Shown in pieces: positions 1-12,669 of a stretch of DNA of 64,000 nt. The stretch comes from Lama guanicoe (lineage: Eukaryota). The stretch covers positions 6,403,715-6,467,714 of the forward strand of contig MU056050.1 of the NCBI GenBank assembly GCA_013239625.1. Reading direction: 5' to 3'. Each line of letters begins with the position of its first letter. Positions within the stretch are counted from its first letter, which is position 1. The notes under the pieces were generated by a model. The model was not told the DNA's origin. It searched no databases and was given only the letters and a program-made list of their open reading frames with translations. The translations under genes were made by a program, and so were the position numbers.

Positions 1-729
1 CCCTAAGTCAAAACCCCTCCGGCCCCTCACCACCACTTACCACCAAAGTGCCAATGCTTCAGTCTGGCATTAAAGCTCTCAGTCTCTCCTGCAGGATCTC
101 CCACTCTTGACCTTCTCATGCCCTCCCCTCCCCTAAACTCACAGATAGTCTCCTCTTTGGCTCGGTCTGTACCATCCACCTGGAACCTCTAGCCTCTACC
201 ACTCCACCCACCCAAACCCTATCAAACCCAATGTCACCTCCACCTGGAAGCCTTTCCCCAGGACTTCTGCCTCCTATGAACCCTTAGAACCTTCCCTTTA
301 TACCACTATTTTAACACACTGCACACCAAAGGGTGTTGTTGCCACTCTGGGACCAGAAGTTTCATGAGAGTGGGGGGTTCCCCCAAACTAAGCTAGGCAT
401 ATTTTGGATTTCCCCACACTGCCTCACAGAGAGCAAATGCTCAACAATATTTGGTTAACAACTATTGTCCCTCAAAGCACTTAAATACATAAGTCTGGAT
501 ATGATAGGTGTTCCTGAAATATGAAATGTATATACATTTAATTGTTCACATTGAGCTCTGTTAACTTTAGAGGAGTTCATGTGTGTGTGTGTGTATGTAC
601 TTAGTAAATTATATTAATGTAGTCCAAGAAGATAATAGCTTTTAGCAGCCATCCAGTAGTATTTTCTATTGTTTTGTAGGGCAATAAAACCAGCCTTGCT
701 GAATTTGCTTCCTAAAAGTGATTCTCAAA

Positions 730-1289
730 GGTCCTCCAAAATTTCAAAATGCCACTTCTGGGTATAGATCCAAAAGAATTGAAAACGGACTTAAACAGGT
801 ATTTGCACACCCGTCAGTCACAATAGCCAAAACACAGAAGCAACCCAAGTGTCCATTGACAGATGAACAGAGAAGCAAAGTGTGGTATATGCATGCAGTG
901 AAATATTACTCAGCCTTCAAAATGAGGAAATTCTGACACATGGTACAATATGAACAAACTTTGAGGACATTCTTCCAGGTGAAGTAAGCCAAGCATAAAA
1001 ACACAAATACTGCATAATTAGATTTATATGAGACACTGACAGTTGTCAGATTATAGACATGGAAAGCAGAACTGTGGTTGCCGGGGGGCTGAGGGGAGGT
1101 GGAATGGGAAGTTGTTTAATGGGGGCAGAACTTCAGTTTCACAGATGAAAACATTTTGGGGACCTGTTGCACACTACTGAATCGTGCATTTAAAAATCAA
1201 CCATTCAAAAGGGAAAAAAAAAAAGAACCAGCAGTGGTAAATTTTATGTCAGATTTTTTACCACAATTTCAAAAATTTTAATGAAAATT
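730..1289 (+). mobile_element. LINE-1 3' end (L1MB-like) with target-site duplication
   Basis: ORF2 C-terminal-like motif (TIAKTQKQPKCPLTDE...WYMHAVKYYSA) and L1 3'UTR. Flanked by AGTGATTCTCAAA at 717-729 and 1290-1302. Confidence 0.85.
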
Positions 1290-1724
1290 AGTGATTCTCA
1301 AAAGGCAAATTTGACCACAACACCCCCCTGCTTAAAACCCTTCGGTGGCTCTCCGGAATTCTTCCTGGGACCCACAAGGCCCCAGGGGTCTAAGTGTCGC
1401 TGACTCCAGCCTCCGCCCACATCCTGCCACCCCCATTCTCTTGGCTTCAGCCATGTGGGGCTTCTGTCCTGGACTGCTCTCGGCTCCTACTCCCCACAGA
1501 GCCAACTCCTCCTGTGCTCGGCTCTCCTCACACCCTCTCCTCTCATCCAGTGCACTCACCACAGCTCCTAATTACACATTTATTATTTGATCAAGGTCAC
1601 TCTCTCCCACCAACTCAGGAACTCTGCGGAGGCAGAGACCACAATCTTTTTAAAAATTTACTTACTATGGTGTCTCCAGCGCATAGCCTATTGCCTGGCA
1701 CCCGGTAGTCTGTGTCATCTTAAA

Positions 1725-2410
1725 CGTTGGTGTTGGCAAAGGTGAGGGAAAGTAGGCGTGTCTGCCGCTTGTCAAAGGGTAAATGAGTTATCACCATGCT
1801 TGAAGCAATATGGCAATGGGTATCGAGAGCCTGGAAGCATTCATAGTGGTAATTCTGCTGCCAGGAAATGATCCTAGCGGAGCACAAAGGTGTAGGTCCA
1901 CGGAGGCTCAGCCTAGCATCATTCATTAGGACAAAAAACTGGAAACTGTCTACATAGCCTTCCATACTGGAAGCTGAGTCAACACATTGCAGATTGGTAT
2001 GGATAAAATATTATACAGCCTTTACAAATAATGTTGCTGAGGAGTGGTGACAGGGAAAAATGATAAGATGTAACATTGAGTGGAAAACAAGATATAAGTA
2101 GGTATGTAACAAATGTCATAAAATTTAATAAATCAGATATAAAGATAATACATAAAGCTAAGACATGTAAGGTATGCGGGCTGGCTATCATTAACAACAC
2201 TGTATTGCATATTTGAAAGCTGCTAAGAGAAGAGATCTTTAAAGTATTTATCACTAGGGAAAAACTTACAATGCTGTGCGGTAAGGGTGTTAACTAGACT
2301 TCTTCTGGTGATCATTTCACAATATATACAGCTAGCGAATCATTATCTTGTACACCTAAAACTAATATAGTTATATGTTAATTATAGCACAATACAAATA
2401 AATTTTAAAA
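1725..2410 (+). mobile_element. Old L1 (L1ME-like) fragment followed by an L1MA-type 3' end
   Basis: Degenerate L1 3' motifs (gttggcaaaggtgaggg..., aacactgtattgcatatttgaaag...aagagaagagatctt, tgtacacctaaaactaatata). Confidence 0.65.
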
Positions 2411-3674
2411 AGATAAACACATAGGCACAAAAATGGTGACGGTCAAAGCTGTGTCCAGTAGACAGCAGTGGTGGCACTGTGGGCAGGGGGGCGCTCCAGA
2501 ACATCTATGAAGGAAGTTTTAGAAGTCACTCAAAGGGAGGCTAGGGACTTTCTCTAGAAGCTGCAAGCTGTCTTTGCACAGCAAGCAGAGCTTGTCCTTA
2601 AACTGCGTGTGCTTTCAGAGGGGCTCTGGGGTGCTTCTGGAGATTACGGTACAGCCCTCCAAGACACCCTCTGGGGCCAACCTCAATGCTTTCCTTTTAT
2701 ATTTGCTTGGTTTTCTAAATGTTTTACAATGAGCCTGCATTGCTTTTTATATCAGAAAGAGATTAAAGAAAACATTAGTTCATAAAAGAAAGAAACGTCT
2801 GTGTGTTGGAATGAACGGACACAGTGTCCGGCTGCGGCACGTAGGCGGCTGGAGAGGGCCTGGCAGGCGCGGAGCCAGGCCCACTGCCCGCCGCTCCCCG
2901 GCAGCCCAGGCTTGCGCTGTCCTTCGCATCTGCAGCCGTCTCCCCTCTGGCTTCTGCCACTTCAGACCAGAACGCCACAGAGTAGCTTGGGGTGCCCCAG
3001 CCGGCCAAGGTTCCCTCTTGACTGTGGGCCTCGGGGCTCCACTGAGACCTGTCACTCTAAGCCACATGCACATACAAAGACACCAGCAAGGGCCATTCAG
3101 CGATCCTGGACCACTCCTCTACCTCTAACGGTGGCACCGGCTCCAAAGAGCAAGGCTTCTTTATGTGGCCAGTAGATGGCAGAGGAGAATGATGCTCGCC
3201 AGCTGTGAACTGGGCATTTAAAGCTGCAGTAACTTTTCTGCTTTCATGAGCATTTCTTTCCATTTTGAGGCATTTGATGGCTATTTTCCTTACAATCTTT
3301 TCCTTCTGGCCTGAAAAATCCACAAAAACAAAAACATTTTTTCAAGATTGGATTGTCATCATCTAAAGTCCCTAGAGGTTTCAGCCCGAACTTTTGCTGA
3401 AAACCAGGTGGCATTAAATCGCATTTTCCCCTCTTGCCCCCTTCACCGTCCCTCTTCCAAGTTATTTAGATATTTTCACTGTGAGTAGGGAGGTGATTTT
3501 GCCTCTGAAAGCCGAGGAGTGAGATCGTCTCTGGAGAGGGGTCAGCTGGCAGGGAGGGTGGAGGTGACAAGGCCACTGGAGGAGGGGGAGACGCAGACGT
3601 GCACAGGGAGGAACTGGATGATCCCGGGCCAGACGACTGGAGAGGAAGTGGAAAGAAAGGAGATCTAAGGGCTA

Positions 3675-4068
3675 GTTATAGGTTGAATTGTGGGTTCCCT
3701 CCTCCACATATTCTCATGTTAGCATCCTAACCCCAAGTACCTGTAAATGTGACCTTATTTGGAAACAGAGTCATTGCAGACGTAATTAGTTAGGTGAGAT
3801 GAGGTCATATTGAAGCAGAGTGGGCCATCATCACACATGTCTGATGTCCTTCTAAAAAGGGGAAATTTAGACACAGAGCCACGACAGGGAAGGCCAGAGA
3901 CAGCTGGCAGACCACCAGAAGCCAGGGAGAGCCTGGAACAGATGCTCCGCAGTAGGAAGCAACTGTGCCAAACTTGACCTTGATCTTCTGGCCCCCTAGA
4001 ACTGCTAGAGAATAAGTTTCTGTTGTTTAACCCACCCACTCTGGGGTACTGTGTTACAGCAGCCCTGG
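3675..4068 (+). mobile_element. MaLR solo LTR (MLT1-type)
   Basis: Typical MLT1 motifs: ggttgaattgtg..., gtgaccttatttggaaacagagtcattgcaga, aataagtttctgttgtttaa, ttacagcagccct. Confidence 0.85.
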
Positions 4069-5725
4069 TGGGCTAGGCTCTCCCGGGCAAGGCTCCCAGG
4101 GGCTGGCAAAAGTGGGCAGAATTCCTTAGCTCACCCCCGGAACCATATGACCTGATACAAAGGAGTCACAGCTGAAGGATAGAAACCTTTCTGTTCTACC
4201 ATCTGTGCCCTGCCCCACATGGGCACACTTCTTGAGTCATCTTCACTTCCCATGCCCACTTTCTCACCTCCACTCACCCCTTGACCCATTCCAGGCCTGA
4301 CCCTCTGACACTGCTCTCACCAAGGTCACCAGCTACCTCCATGCTGCCAAAGCCAAAGGTCATTTCTCAACCCTCACCTTCTCCGACCTTTCAGCAGCAT
4401 TCCACCCCTTCTTCGGGAACACTCCTTCCCCCAGGCTGCTAGGACCCAAACTCCTGTTCTCCTCCCACCTCACCCATCAATCTGTCTCAGGCTGCTAAAT
4501 GACAGCGCACCCTAGGTCCTCAGCCTCGGCTCAGGCTGCTTCTCTTCTTACTCTATATCCTCGCTCTGCAAACCCCACTCACTCAGCATATTACTCCCAC
4601 TCAGTAAACCCCACAGAGTGGCCTCTGTCTGCCACATGCACACTAGTGAATCTCAAAACTCTCTCTGAAGCAGTGTGGCTCTCGCCACCTTCTACTTCGA
4701 TTTACGCTGGTGTCATATCCCATTCAGGTCTACATTTGAATGTCAATTCCTTTAGGCAAAAACTGAATATACCCAGACAATCTCTTAAATACTCCCAAAG
4801 TGAAATAATGTTCCCAGGAAGCATGGCATGCTCATGCACACACGCACACGCACACGCACACACACACCCCAAGTACAGTGGTGTCTGTAAATACACGGCC
4901 CATACTCAGCCCATGGAGGTGGTCCCACCAGGACAGGCGTGGAAGAACTGAGACCCGCTGAAGAAACAGCCGACCCACTAGACCCATTTCTTAGTCTCAC
5001 ATCCATTCCAGAGCACGTGCTCACTTGGCCGAAGGGTAGGTGGCCTCACTAGAATTCTTTCTTTTGTCGTTTTCTCTCTTTCTTTGGCAGCGTGAGTAGA
5101 GTTGAATTCAGGTATGTGAATGCTTGTAGAAAATTACCTGCTGGAATCCCTCCCCCGGGATGTCCCGCAGTCATCTTCAAATCCACATAGCCCAAACCGA
5201 ATTCATTGTCCTCCCCCAAAACCTTCTCTTCCTGTGTCTTCCATGAATGGCAGCACCATCCTAACCCGGCAAGCCTCAAGTCCCTTCTCTCCTTAGGCAG
5301 GGCCAGGGGTGGCCCAGGGGTGGCTGGCGATGTGCTTGCCATCAGGCAGTGAGTTAACACAAACGGTTTGGCACAGTCAAGGGACAGTTACCTATGTGCA
5401 GTGGCCCTGGATGAGATTCAGACTTAATCCAGCCACAGTCTAGGAGACCCTGAATGCCAGGATGGCCAGCTCTGTGGGGACGGGCACAGGACAGACTGTT
5501 GAGGAACCAAAGCCAGATGCCCCACACACCTACCCAGCCACATAGGCCCATTTAAGATGTCCACGAAGACTCTCAATGACCTTATATTTGTGACCAATGT
5601 GTAATTCACTTCTGGATAAATCTTACAGGATTCTATCTCAGTTGTACTCAGAGGTTGGCAAACTATGGCCCGAATGTGTAATTCACCTCTGGATAAGTCT
5701 TGTAAAATTCTGTCTCAGTTGTGCT

Positions 5726-5953
5726 CAGGGATTGGCAAACTATGGCCCAACAGTCAAATCCAGCCCATCATCTGTTTTCGCAAATAAAGTTTTATTGGAA
5801 CACAGTCATGCTCACTTCTGTACATGTTGTCTCAGGCTGCTTCTGTCTCTGGTGGCAAAAGCAGCGTTGAATGGCTGTGACAGAGACCTTGAGGCCGTAA
5901 AATCTAAAAAATGTACTATTTGGCCCTTTATAGAAAAAGTTTTCTTACCCCTG
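5726..5953 (+). mobile_element. MER58A-like hAT-Charlie DNA transposon
   Basis: cagggattggcaaactatggccc...aaataaagttttattggaacacagtcatgctca...tttggccctttatagaaaaagt...cccctg. Confidence 0.85.
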
Positions 5954-8559
5954 CTCTAGACTGTGGTGGTCTGAGCGCCCCCCCCAGCTGGAGGCTGGAG
6001 CCCCTTAACACAGCACCCACAAACCTGGAGGTTGGCCCTGATGGTAAGTATGTATCACATGGCATTTAACTTGCAGGAATTCGCATGAAAGTGCTCAGAA
6101 CAAAAAAAGAGATAAAAACGACTATTCAGTGCAGCGATTTCACTCCCCTACCTCTCAGCGAGCACATACCTAGGATGAACATGAGCTACATGGGAACTGT
6201 GGGTGTGCTGGTCCCTCAGGCTCAGTCCCCTTGTCTGAGCATCTCCCTATGCTGGGCGTGATTCTAGTGTTCGCTCTCTGATAAGCCATGTTGGGGCAGC
6301 TGGGTAGCAACAAGGCTGGGTTCATACTCCCCACTCAAACCAGGACAAATGCCCTTCATCAGAGACTGAGAAATTCTTCCCCTGCCTGAGGAGATCATTG
6401 GTCAGGTGGTCGCGTTGGAAACATGAATGATAAGTGATGCCTGGTGGAACCCAGTGTCGCAAGGAATCTGGGTTTGACGGGGCTATTCTGCAGCAGGTGG
6501 ACCCCTTGGCTGAACAGAAGGTGGCCACCTTGGGCCTCCCAAATGTGTGTCTCTCAAAGGAGGCCAGGAAGTGGAGCTAAAGCAGAAGGTCTAGGTGGGA
6601 AGCCTCTGGAGGGTATCTTGATGTCACAGGCAGACCACAGCCCCTTATCCCGGGACATGAGGAAAACTGTTGTTCACTAGTCACTGGAAGATAACTGGTC
6701 TACCCCACAGCCCACCCCGCTCCACAGACCCTCCAGAGGTCTTCATTCTGAGACACTCATAGCCCATGGAAAAGATGGAGTGATTCCTGTTTCATTTTTC
6801 AAGTAGACACATGGAGACCCAGAGCAGGAGCAGAAGGGAGAGAGCCTGAGACTCAGGCTGGTGTCTAGCTCGTTGCTGAGACTCAGTCTCAGGCTCTGAG
6901 AAGTATTCATCATCACAACAAAGCAACTGACATGAATTAACTCATGTACTATGAGGTGTGTGTTATTATTTTTATTATTCCATTTCACAGATGAGGCACA
7001 TGATAAGTTGCATATTTCTGCAAAGTCCTGGGCCCTGGAAAAGAGGGGCCAGGGCCCCCATGGGCCCTGACAAAGGCTGAGGGCCAAAACCTGCTAGCAA
7101 GCAGAGGGCATGCCATTCCTAGGGGAAGGCTCACCATCTCTGGCCAGACAGCGCTGGAGACACCAGCAGCGGGTCAGTGACCTCCTTGGCCTTCCCACCA
7201 CAGGCTGGGGTGTTCCCAGACCCCCACAGCAAGTGCCTGGAGTCAGAGGGTAAGAGAGGGAGCTGGATTGCCTGAGCGGGGCTCCTCAGAAGACTTTTTC
7301 AGTTACTCTAGACCAGCCTTGCACTCCAGCCCTCGAAGTCACCTGAGGCCCGATGTCTCTCAGCTCCCTGGCTTGGGGCAGAGAACCTTGGTTCTGGCCA
7401 GCACTTGCAGGCTCGGGTATGGAAGAGAGAGCCAGTGGAACATTTGCTAGTTTCTTGATGATGGGCTGTGATGCCAGAGAGGGCTGTGTTGTGCTGGACA
7501 GTTGGGCCGCCATCCATCTCTGGTGGCTCTGGCTGGCCACATGTACATCATTGGGAACTCATCTGTGAGACCCAGCCACATCTCCAGCGTTCTGGGAGGG
7601 GATGTCCACAAGCAGGCATTGGAGTGGGGATGGGGTCCTGTATTTGTAGGCTTGTTCTTCTCAAATATGGAAACCTGGGGATTTGAGGGCCTCGGGTTCA
7701 GTTCGACCTGGACAGTCTTCCTGAGTCTGCCAATAACAGAGACCTCAAGGCCTAGCTGTTCATTTCCTGGGATGTCTTCGTATGTGTCACCTCTCTCCCA
7801 GCAGGTCCACAGAAGAGATGTCTTGTTCAGACCCATAAGAGCTGAGGACTGCCAACAGCATGCCTGAGGGATGGCCACCAGCAGGGGCAGGACCCCTGTG
7901 CCCTGCCAGGGGAGAGATCGGGATGGTAAAGCTATTCCTAGAAACCAGCCTAAAAACCAGTCTCCCGGCTCACTCAGCCTGCAGTGTGCTGTGTGGCCAC
8001 TGGGAGGCACTGTTGGCTCACAAGAGGCTCTGAGAAGCCAGGCCACCATTCTGGTCCCAGGTTTCTGGGGTGAGAAGGTCCCTGGGGAAACTGATAGCAT
8101 TCTGGAAATGGCTGGGATTTTCCTCCGTGGCAGGAAAGATCTGTCCTAGTCAGCTGTGCAGGCCTGGGCTGGGTGCCTCATGCTAGCTAGCTGTGAAGTG
8201 CGGAGCAGAAAGGCAAACAACTGGGGTCTAAAGGGGCCCTTGCTGGAAGCCAGGCACCAGGCCATGGCTGATTAGCTGGACTGAACAAGGCATGAGACCA
8301 AAATGCAGAACCAAGCAGGTGCGGAAGCAAAGGGAGCCAGGCAGAGTCAGACCAGAGCAGGGGTGGTGTGTATGGTGATTGGGATGGGATGCAGCCCAAA
8401 CTGAGACCGCGTGTTATGTTTGACACCTCCCTCTCACTTTCCCTCATAGTTCTTTCATTTCCAGCTCCTGAATACCCCTTGAATTTTTCCAGTTCCATCC
8501 AACTCTACGACCTCCATCCTAGTCCAGGCCTCCATCATCTCTCCTTGATGACTCTAAGA

Positions 8560-8750
8560 TAGAGTTTCCAGATAAAATATGAGATGCCCAGTTAAATTTG
8601 AATTTCAGATACACAAACAATAATTTTTAGTATATCCTGTACAATATTTGGGATAGGTTTATACTAAAATTTCTTCTCTGTCTGAAATGCCAATTTCAGC
8701 AGGCATCCTGGTTTGTTTTGTTATGTTTTGTTTTTAAATCTGGCAAGCCC
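8560..8750. mobile_element. MER53-like palindromic hAT MITE
   Basis: ccagataaaatatgagatgcccagttaaatttgaatttcagata ... tctgaaatgccaatttcagcaggcatcctg ... aaatctggcaa, i.e. inverted arms around a central gtacaatatttgggat. Confidence 0.8.
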
Positions 8751-10036
8751 CCAAGGGCCTTGTTGTCCTGATACTTCTACAGCCCATCCTCTACAAAGCA
8801 ACCAGAAGGAACTCAGAAATTCATACCTAACCATGTCACTGCCCTGCTCAAATCCTTTCCAGGATTCCTAATCATCCAGGGATTGAATCCAAGCCCTCTG
8901 CGTGGCCCACAAGGCCCTCCGCCTCCTGTCCCCACAACCCACAGTATGGACCTAGCATGTGGAACATTCCATCATCCCTTACATGTGCCCCGTGCCTTCA
9001 CACACACCTATCTCTGTCCAGAAGGCCTTTCTCCAGCCACCTAAAGAACTCAGTCATCAAACTCAACCACCACCTCTTCTCGCCAAGCTCTTCCTGACCC
9101 CTGCCTCCCCAAAGCACACCCCCTTTACGCCACGTACTGACCTTTAACAGAACCCTTATTTAATTGTACCAAAATGATCTCTGTGTGTCTGTCTGTCCCG
9201 CTAGACTGCAGCCCTGTAACGAACGCCCAGTGGTGAGACTGGGGAAGAATCACAGAATGGGAGATACACACAGTAGCCAATGTTCAGTCCATGAATCACT
9301 CGGTTAACTACCAAATTAGCATGACACATAGGTTGGTCAGAGTAGGGGAAACAGGGAGCGGGGTGAGGAGCCACTCCAAGAAGTCCAGAGAGGAAGGGTC
9401 TCCACACAAGCATGGTTCTCCAGTCCGGACACGGGTGTCACAAAAAGTGTGAGCAGGTGTCGCCCTCTGCTCCCACAGGACCTGCGGCAGCGACCCTCTG
9501 AACAGCTCTCAGCAGCGTGGGGCCCAGCCCTCCCGTGAGGAGCCTTCAAGTCGCTGGGCTCCGTGGTCCCTTTTCAGGAGTCCGTCAGTCGGGTGTAACA
9601 GTTCCACCCCATGGGGGGCTTGTCTCTATCAACTGCTCCTGTCCTAGTGCAGTCTTTCTCTGGTTGTTGCCAAACAAATCCCTTCTCTAAAGTAAGACTG
9701 ATTTATCCCTCTAAGACACTCGCAGTCCTATACCGGACGTTTCAAAACAACTAGCGTGGAAGTTCACAGTGGCCACTGAGACTCCAGCTGCAGTTACCTA
9801 ACAGCTTAAACCCTGTAAGCTTCACACAAGATGAGTAGGAATCATAACACAAAAGAAATCATGTCATAATAAGTCCCCTGCAAGGAGAGGTCCTGGTGCT
9901 ATTCATTTGTATCCACAGAGTACAGCACAGCTCCTGGCCCAGAGTGGGGCCCCCAGTAAATGTGTGAGGAGTGAATGAATGAATGACCATAAGTTATTCT
10001 AAACCTCCTGAAAGCTAGACGGCCACGGGCAGTGAC

Positions 10037-10069
10037 TGCAGTGGCAGAGGCGTCCACCAGGGGGCAGAA
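10037..10069 (+). promoter_or_regulatory. CTCF site with upstream module
   Basis: TGCAGTGGC-N5-cgtCCACCAGGGGGCAG: consensus core plus a correctly spaced upstream motif. Confidence 0.7.
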
Positions 10070-12669
10070 TAACCCCAGTTTTGCTTGGCTTGTGGGCGCG
10101 GTCCAGAAAGCTGTCTCCCTGGTGTTTGGATTTCTTCTCCAGTTCCAAGTTTTCGCTGGTATTTTGTTTTGTTTTTAAATCATGGAAACACAGAAGAGGA
10201 AAGGACCTTAAGAGACCATACGGACTAGCACTCTGCTTTCAGATAGTTTAAAAATTCTGTTTCATTTAACATCTGTTTTCAGGTATTTCAAAACATGCTT
10301 TGGTTTCTTAAGAGATCAACCACAGAGAGGTTAGGAGACCTACTCCAAGTCACACAGCGAGTGAATGGTTCAAGGAGGCCTGGGGCCCACAGCCTGGCAG
10401 ACAGGATCCCATTTCATTCTCCTGCAGCCCTGTGCAGAGGACGCCGCCATCACCTTACACCTGAAGACACACACACAGACGACGTCAGGAGGTGGAGGGT
10501 GCTATTTCCCTGCATGCCTCAGCTGGGGCCTCCTGGGGGAAAGTCTGTCTGTTCTGGGCCCACCCATCTGAGTCCAGGTCAGCTGCTGTGCCAGCCCCAG
10601 ACCCTGTGCTCCCTTCCTCCAGCTGCCGGGTCAGCCTGACCCCAGAGGGGCCATAAGGAGACCAGGGCTGCGAGAGCTCTTTGAGGAAGGTCAGGTGGGT
10701 GGCAGGTTTTTGGGGATGGTGTTTCACACTGTGTAGCTGGTTCATCGTGGGGTCTCAATTCAGTGGGCTACAGACACACAAAGCTTTTCTTCTTCTCCAG
10801 TCACTGCCCCCAATTTGGGAACGCTCTGGAGCCCCCTCCCCACTCACATCAGAGTTCCTTGATGGTGGAGAAGCTATTCGGCCACTACTGCTTCCAATCG
10901 ACACCCCTGACACCATACTTAGACACACCTCCCACCAGCACTATCTCCCCACCAGCCTTTGCTCCTGGGGTCCCCTCACTCAGCGACCAGTCCTCTTGGG
11001 TAGCGTAGGGTAAGACAGTTCCAGCTTCACTCCCTGCAGAGGCGTCCACTTGACCAAGGAAAATGCACTCTGCCTGGTCACACCACTGTGCCCCTGCTGG
11101 CTGCTCTGTCCTGTCTCTCACTTCCCCTCCAGTTGGCTCTTGTAGGCTTGAGGCTGAGCCACAAGTCTGCCGCCCAAGCAGATGTCCAATCAGGAATGGC
11201 GTGCCACTCTCCTCTCTTCACAGGCCCCCAATCTTGATGGAATTCTCTTGGAATCCCCCTATCTGGCTGCAGGCTCAGGAGAGGGGAAGCCACACCACCA
11301 CTCCAAAGCATCCTGAGCCCAGTAATGCCCCAATGACGCTTATAGAGACTGGGTGGGAGGGCAGTCGGAGCAGTGGAGCCTGTTCGGTAGGTAGGCTCTA
11401 ATCAGCCCTCAGGGAAGCGTCCCCCACCCCCACTGCTGGAAGTTCCTTGGCAGCCCTCTCCTGTAACTTGTCTCCAGCCCTGGGCCCTAGTGGCCAGTTC
11501 TAGGGTTACAGAAGTCCCACTCACATCCTGCTGAATGGTAAGTGCATGGCTCTGTATGCCTCTGCTCCAGCTCCCAAGGATTGGAGCCAGAATGTGTCCT
11601 TTATTGACCTAAGCTATTTGCAGTTCTGCTTAAATGAGGCTTAAAATTCCATGGTGCCAGGAGAGATTCACTGAAGCCCAGTTGGCAAGTGAGAGGCACT
11701 TTGGTGTAGCAAAAAAAAAAAATTCACTCATTGGATGCATGTCTCCCGCAACTCATGGAATTCTCTGAACCTGTTTCCTCATCTGCAAACTGAGAATAAC
11801 ACAAATGTCTCAGGAATGTAGGAAAGATCAGGTGACATCAAGTAGGTAGACGCCCTATATAAACTGGGACGTGCTGGTCCAAGGAGAGGGGCTAATTATT
11901 TTTACGGGAGATTAGAATTGAGCTTGACTTTGGAAGAGAAGAAGAATGTGGAAAGTAAGATGGAAGAAGATGCTTGTAAGTAAGTCTTGCCAAGCATTTA
12001 AATGAATGAATGAATGAATAAAAGCTAGCCCCCAAAGTTCACTTCCTTTCTCTCTCAATGGATAGTCTAAAGAGATGTTCATGCAGGTGGCCTGGCCCCA
12101 GAAGGGCACAGCAGTGCCAAGTCACAGGGAACCTGAAGTAGTGAAATGGCCCTCCTGCTCCTGATGAAATTCAGTTCCTCTCATGGGTAGAAGAGAACCA
12201 ATCCTCGGCCAAGTTGTGTGGTCTGCCTCTAATTTGTGACCCAGGGTCTGAGACCCTGGGCCCGTCCCTCCAGCCTTCCCCTGAGAAATGGATCCCTAAG
12301 AAAGTGCCACCTGGTTGTCAGTGGATAAATGAGTGACCCCTTCCAGGGAACTGGTATGCATCTCAATGGGGGCTGTCTGGAGACAGTGCCTTATCACCCA
12401 GGGTTTCCCAACTTTTAGCAGCTGGAGCTCTGGTTCTCTGACTTGAAATCTCAATGAACTCCTTGAGCAGCTTACGTCTTCATTGTTGGCTGAATCCCAG
12501 GACCCAGAAAGCACAGTTTGCATCTGTCTGAGTAGCCGGGGCTCACTGGGTCCCTACACAGTCTTGGAGGGCAAGCCGGGTAGATGGAGAAGCTCTGACG
12601 GCACTCCTCTGCTTTTGCTCTTGTTTGGACAAACACGGAATAGACAGACCTTGGCCTTTTTTCTGCTGC

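Noticed and set aside
7447..8100. 217-aa minus-strand ORF
   Set aside because: No recognisable homology or exon structure; overlapped by similar-length ORFs in other frames, as expected in GC-rich DNA.
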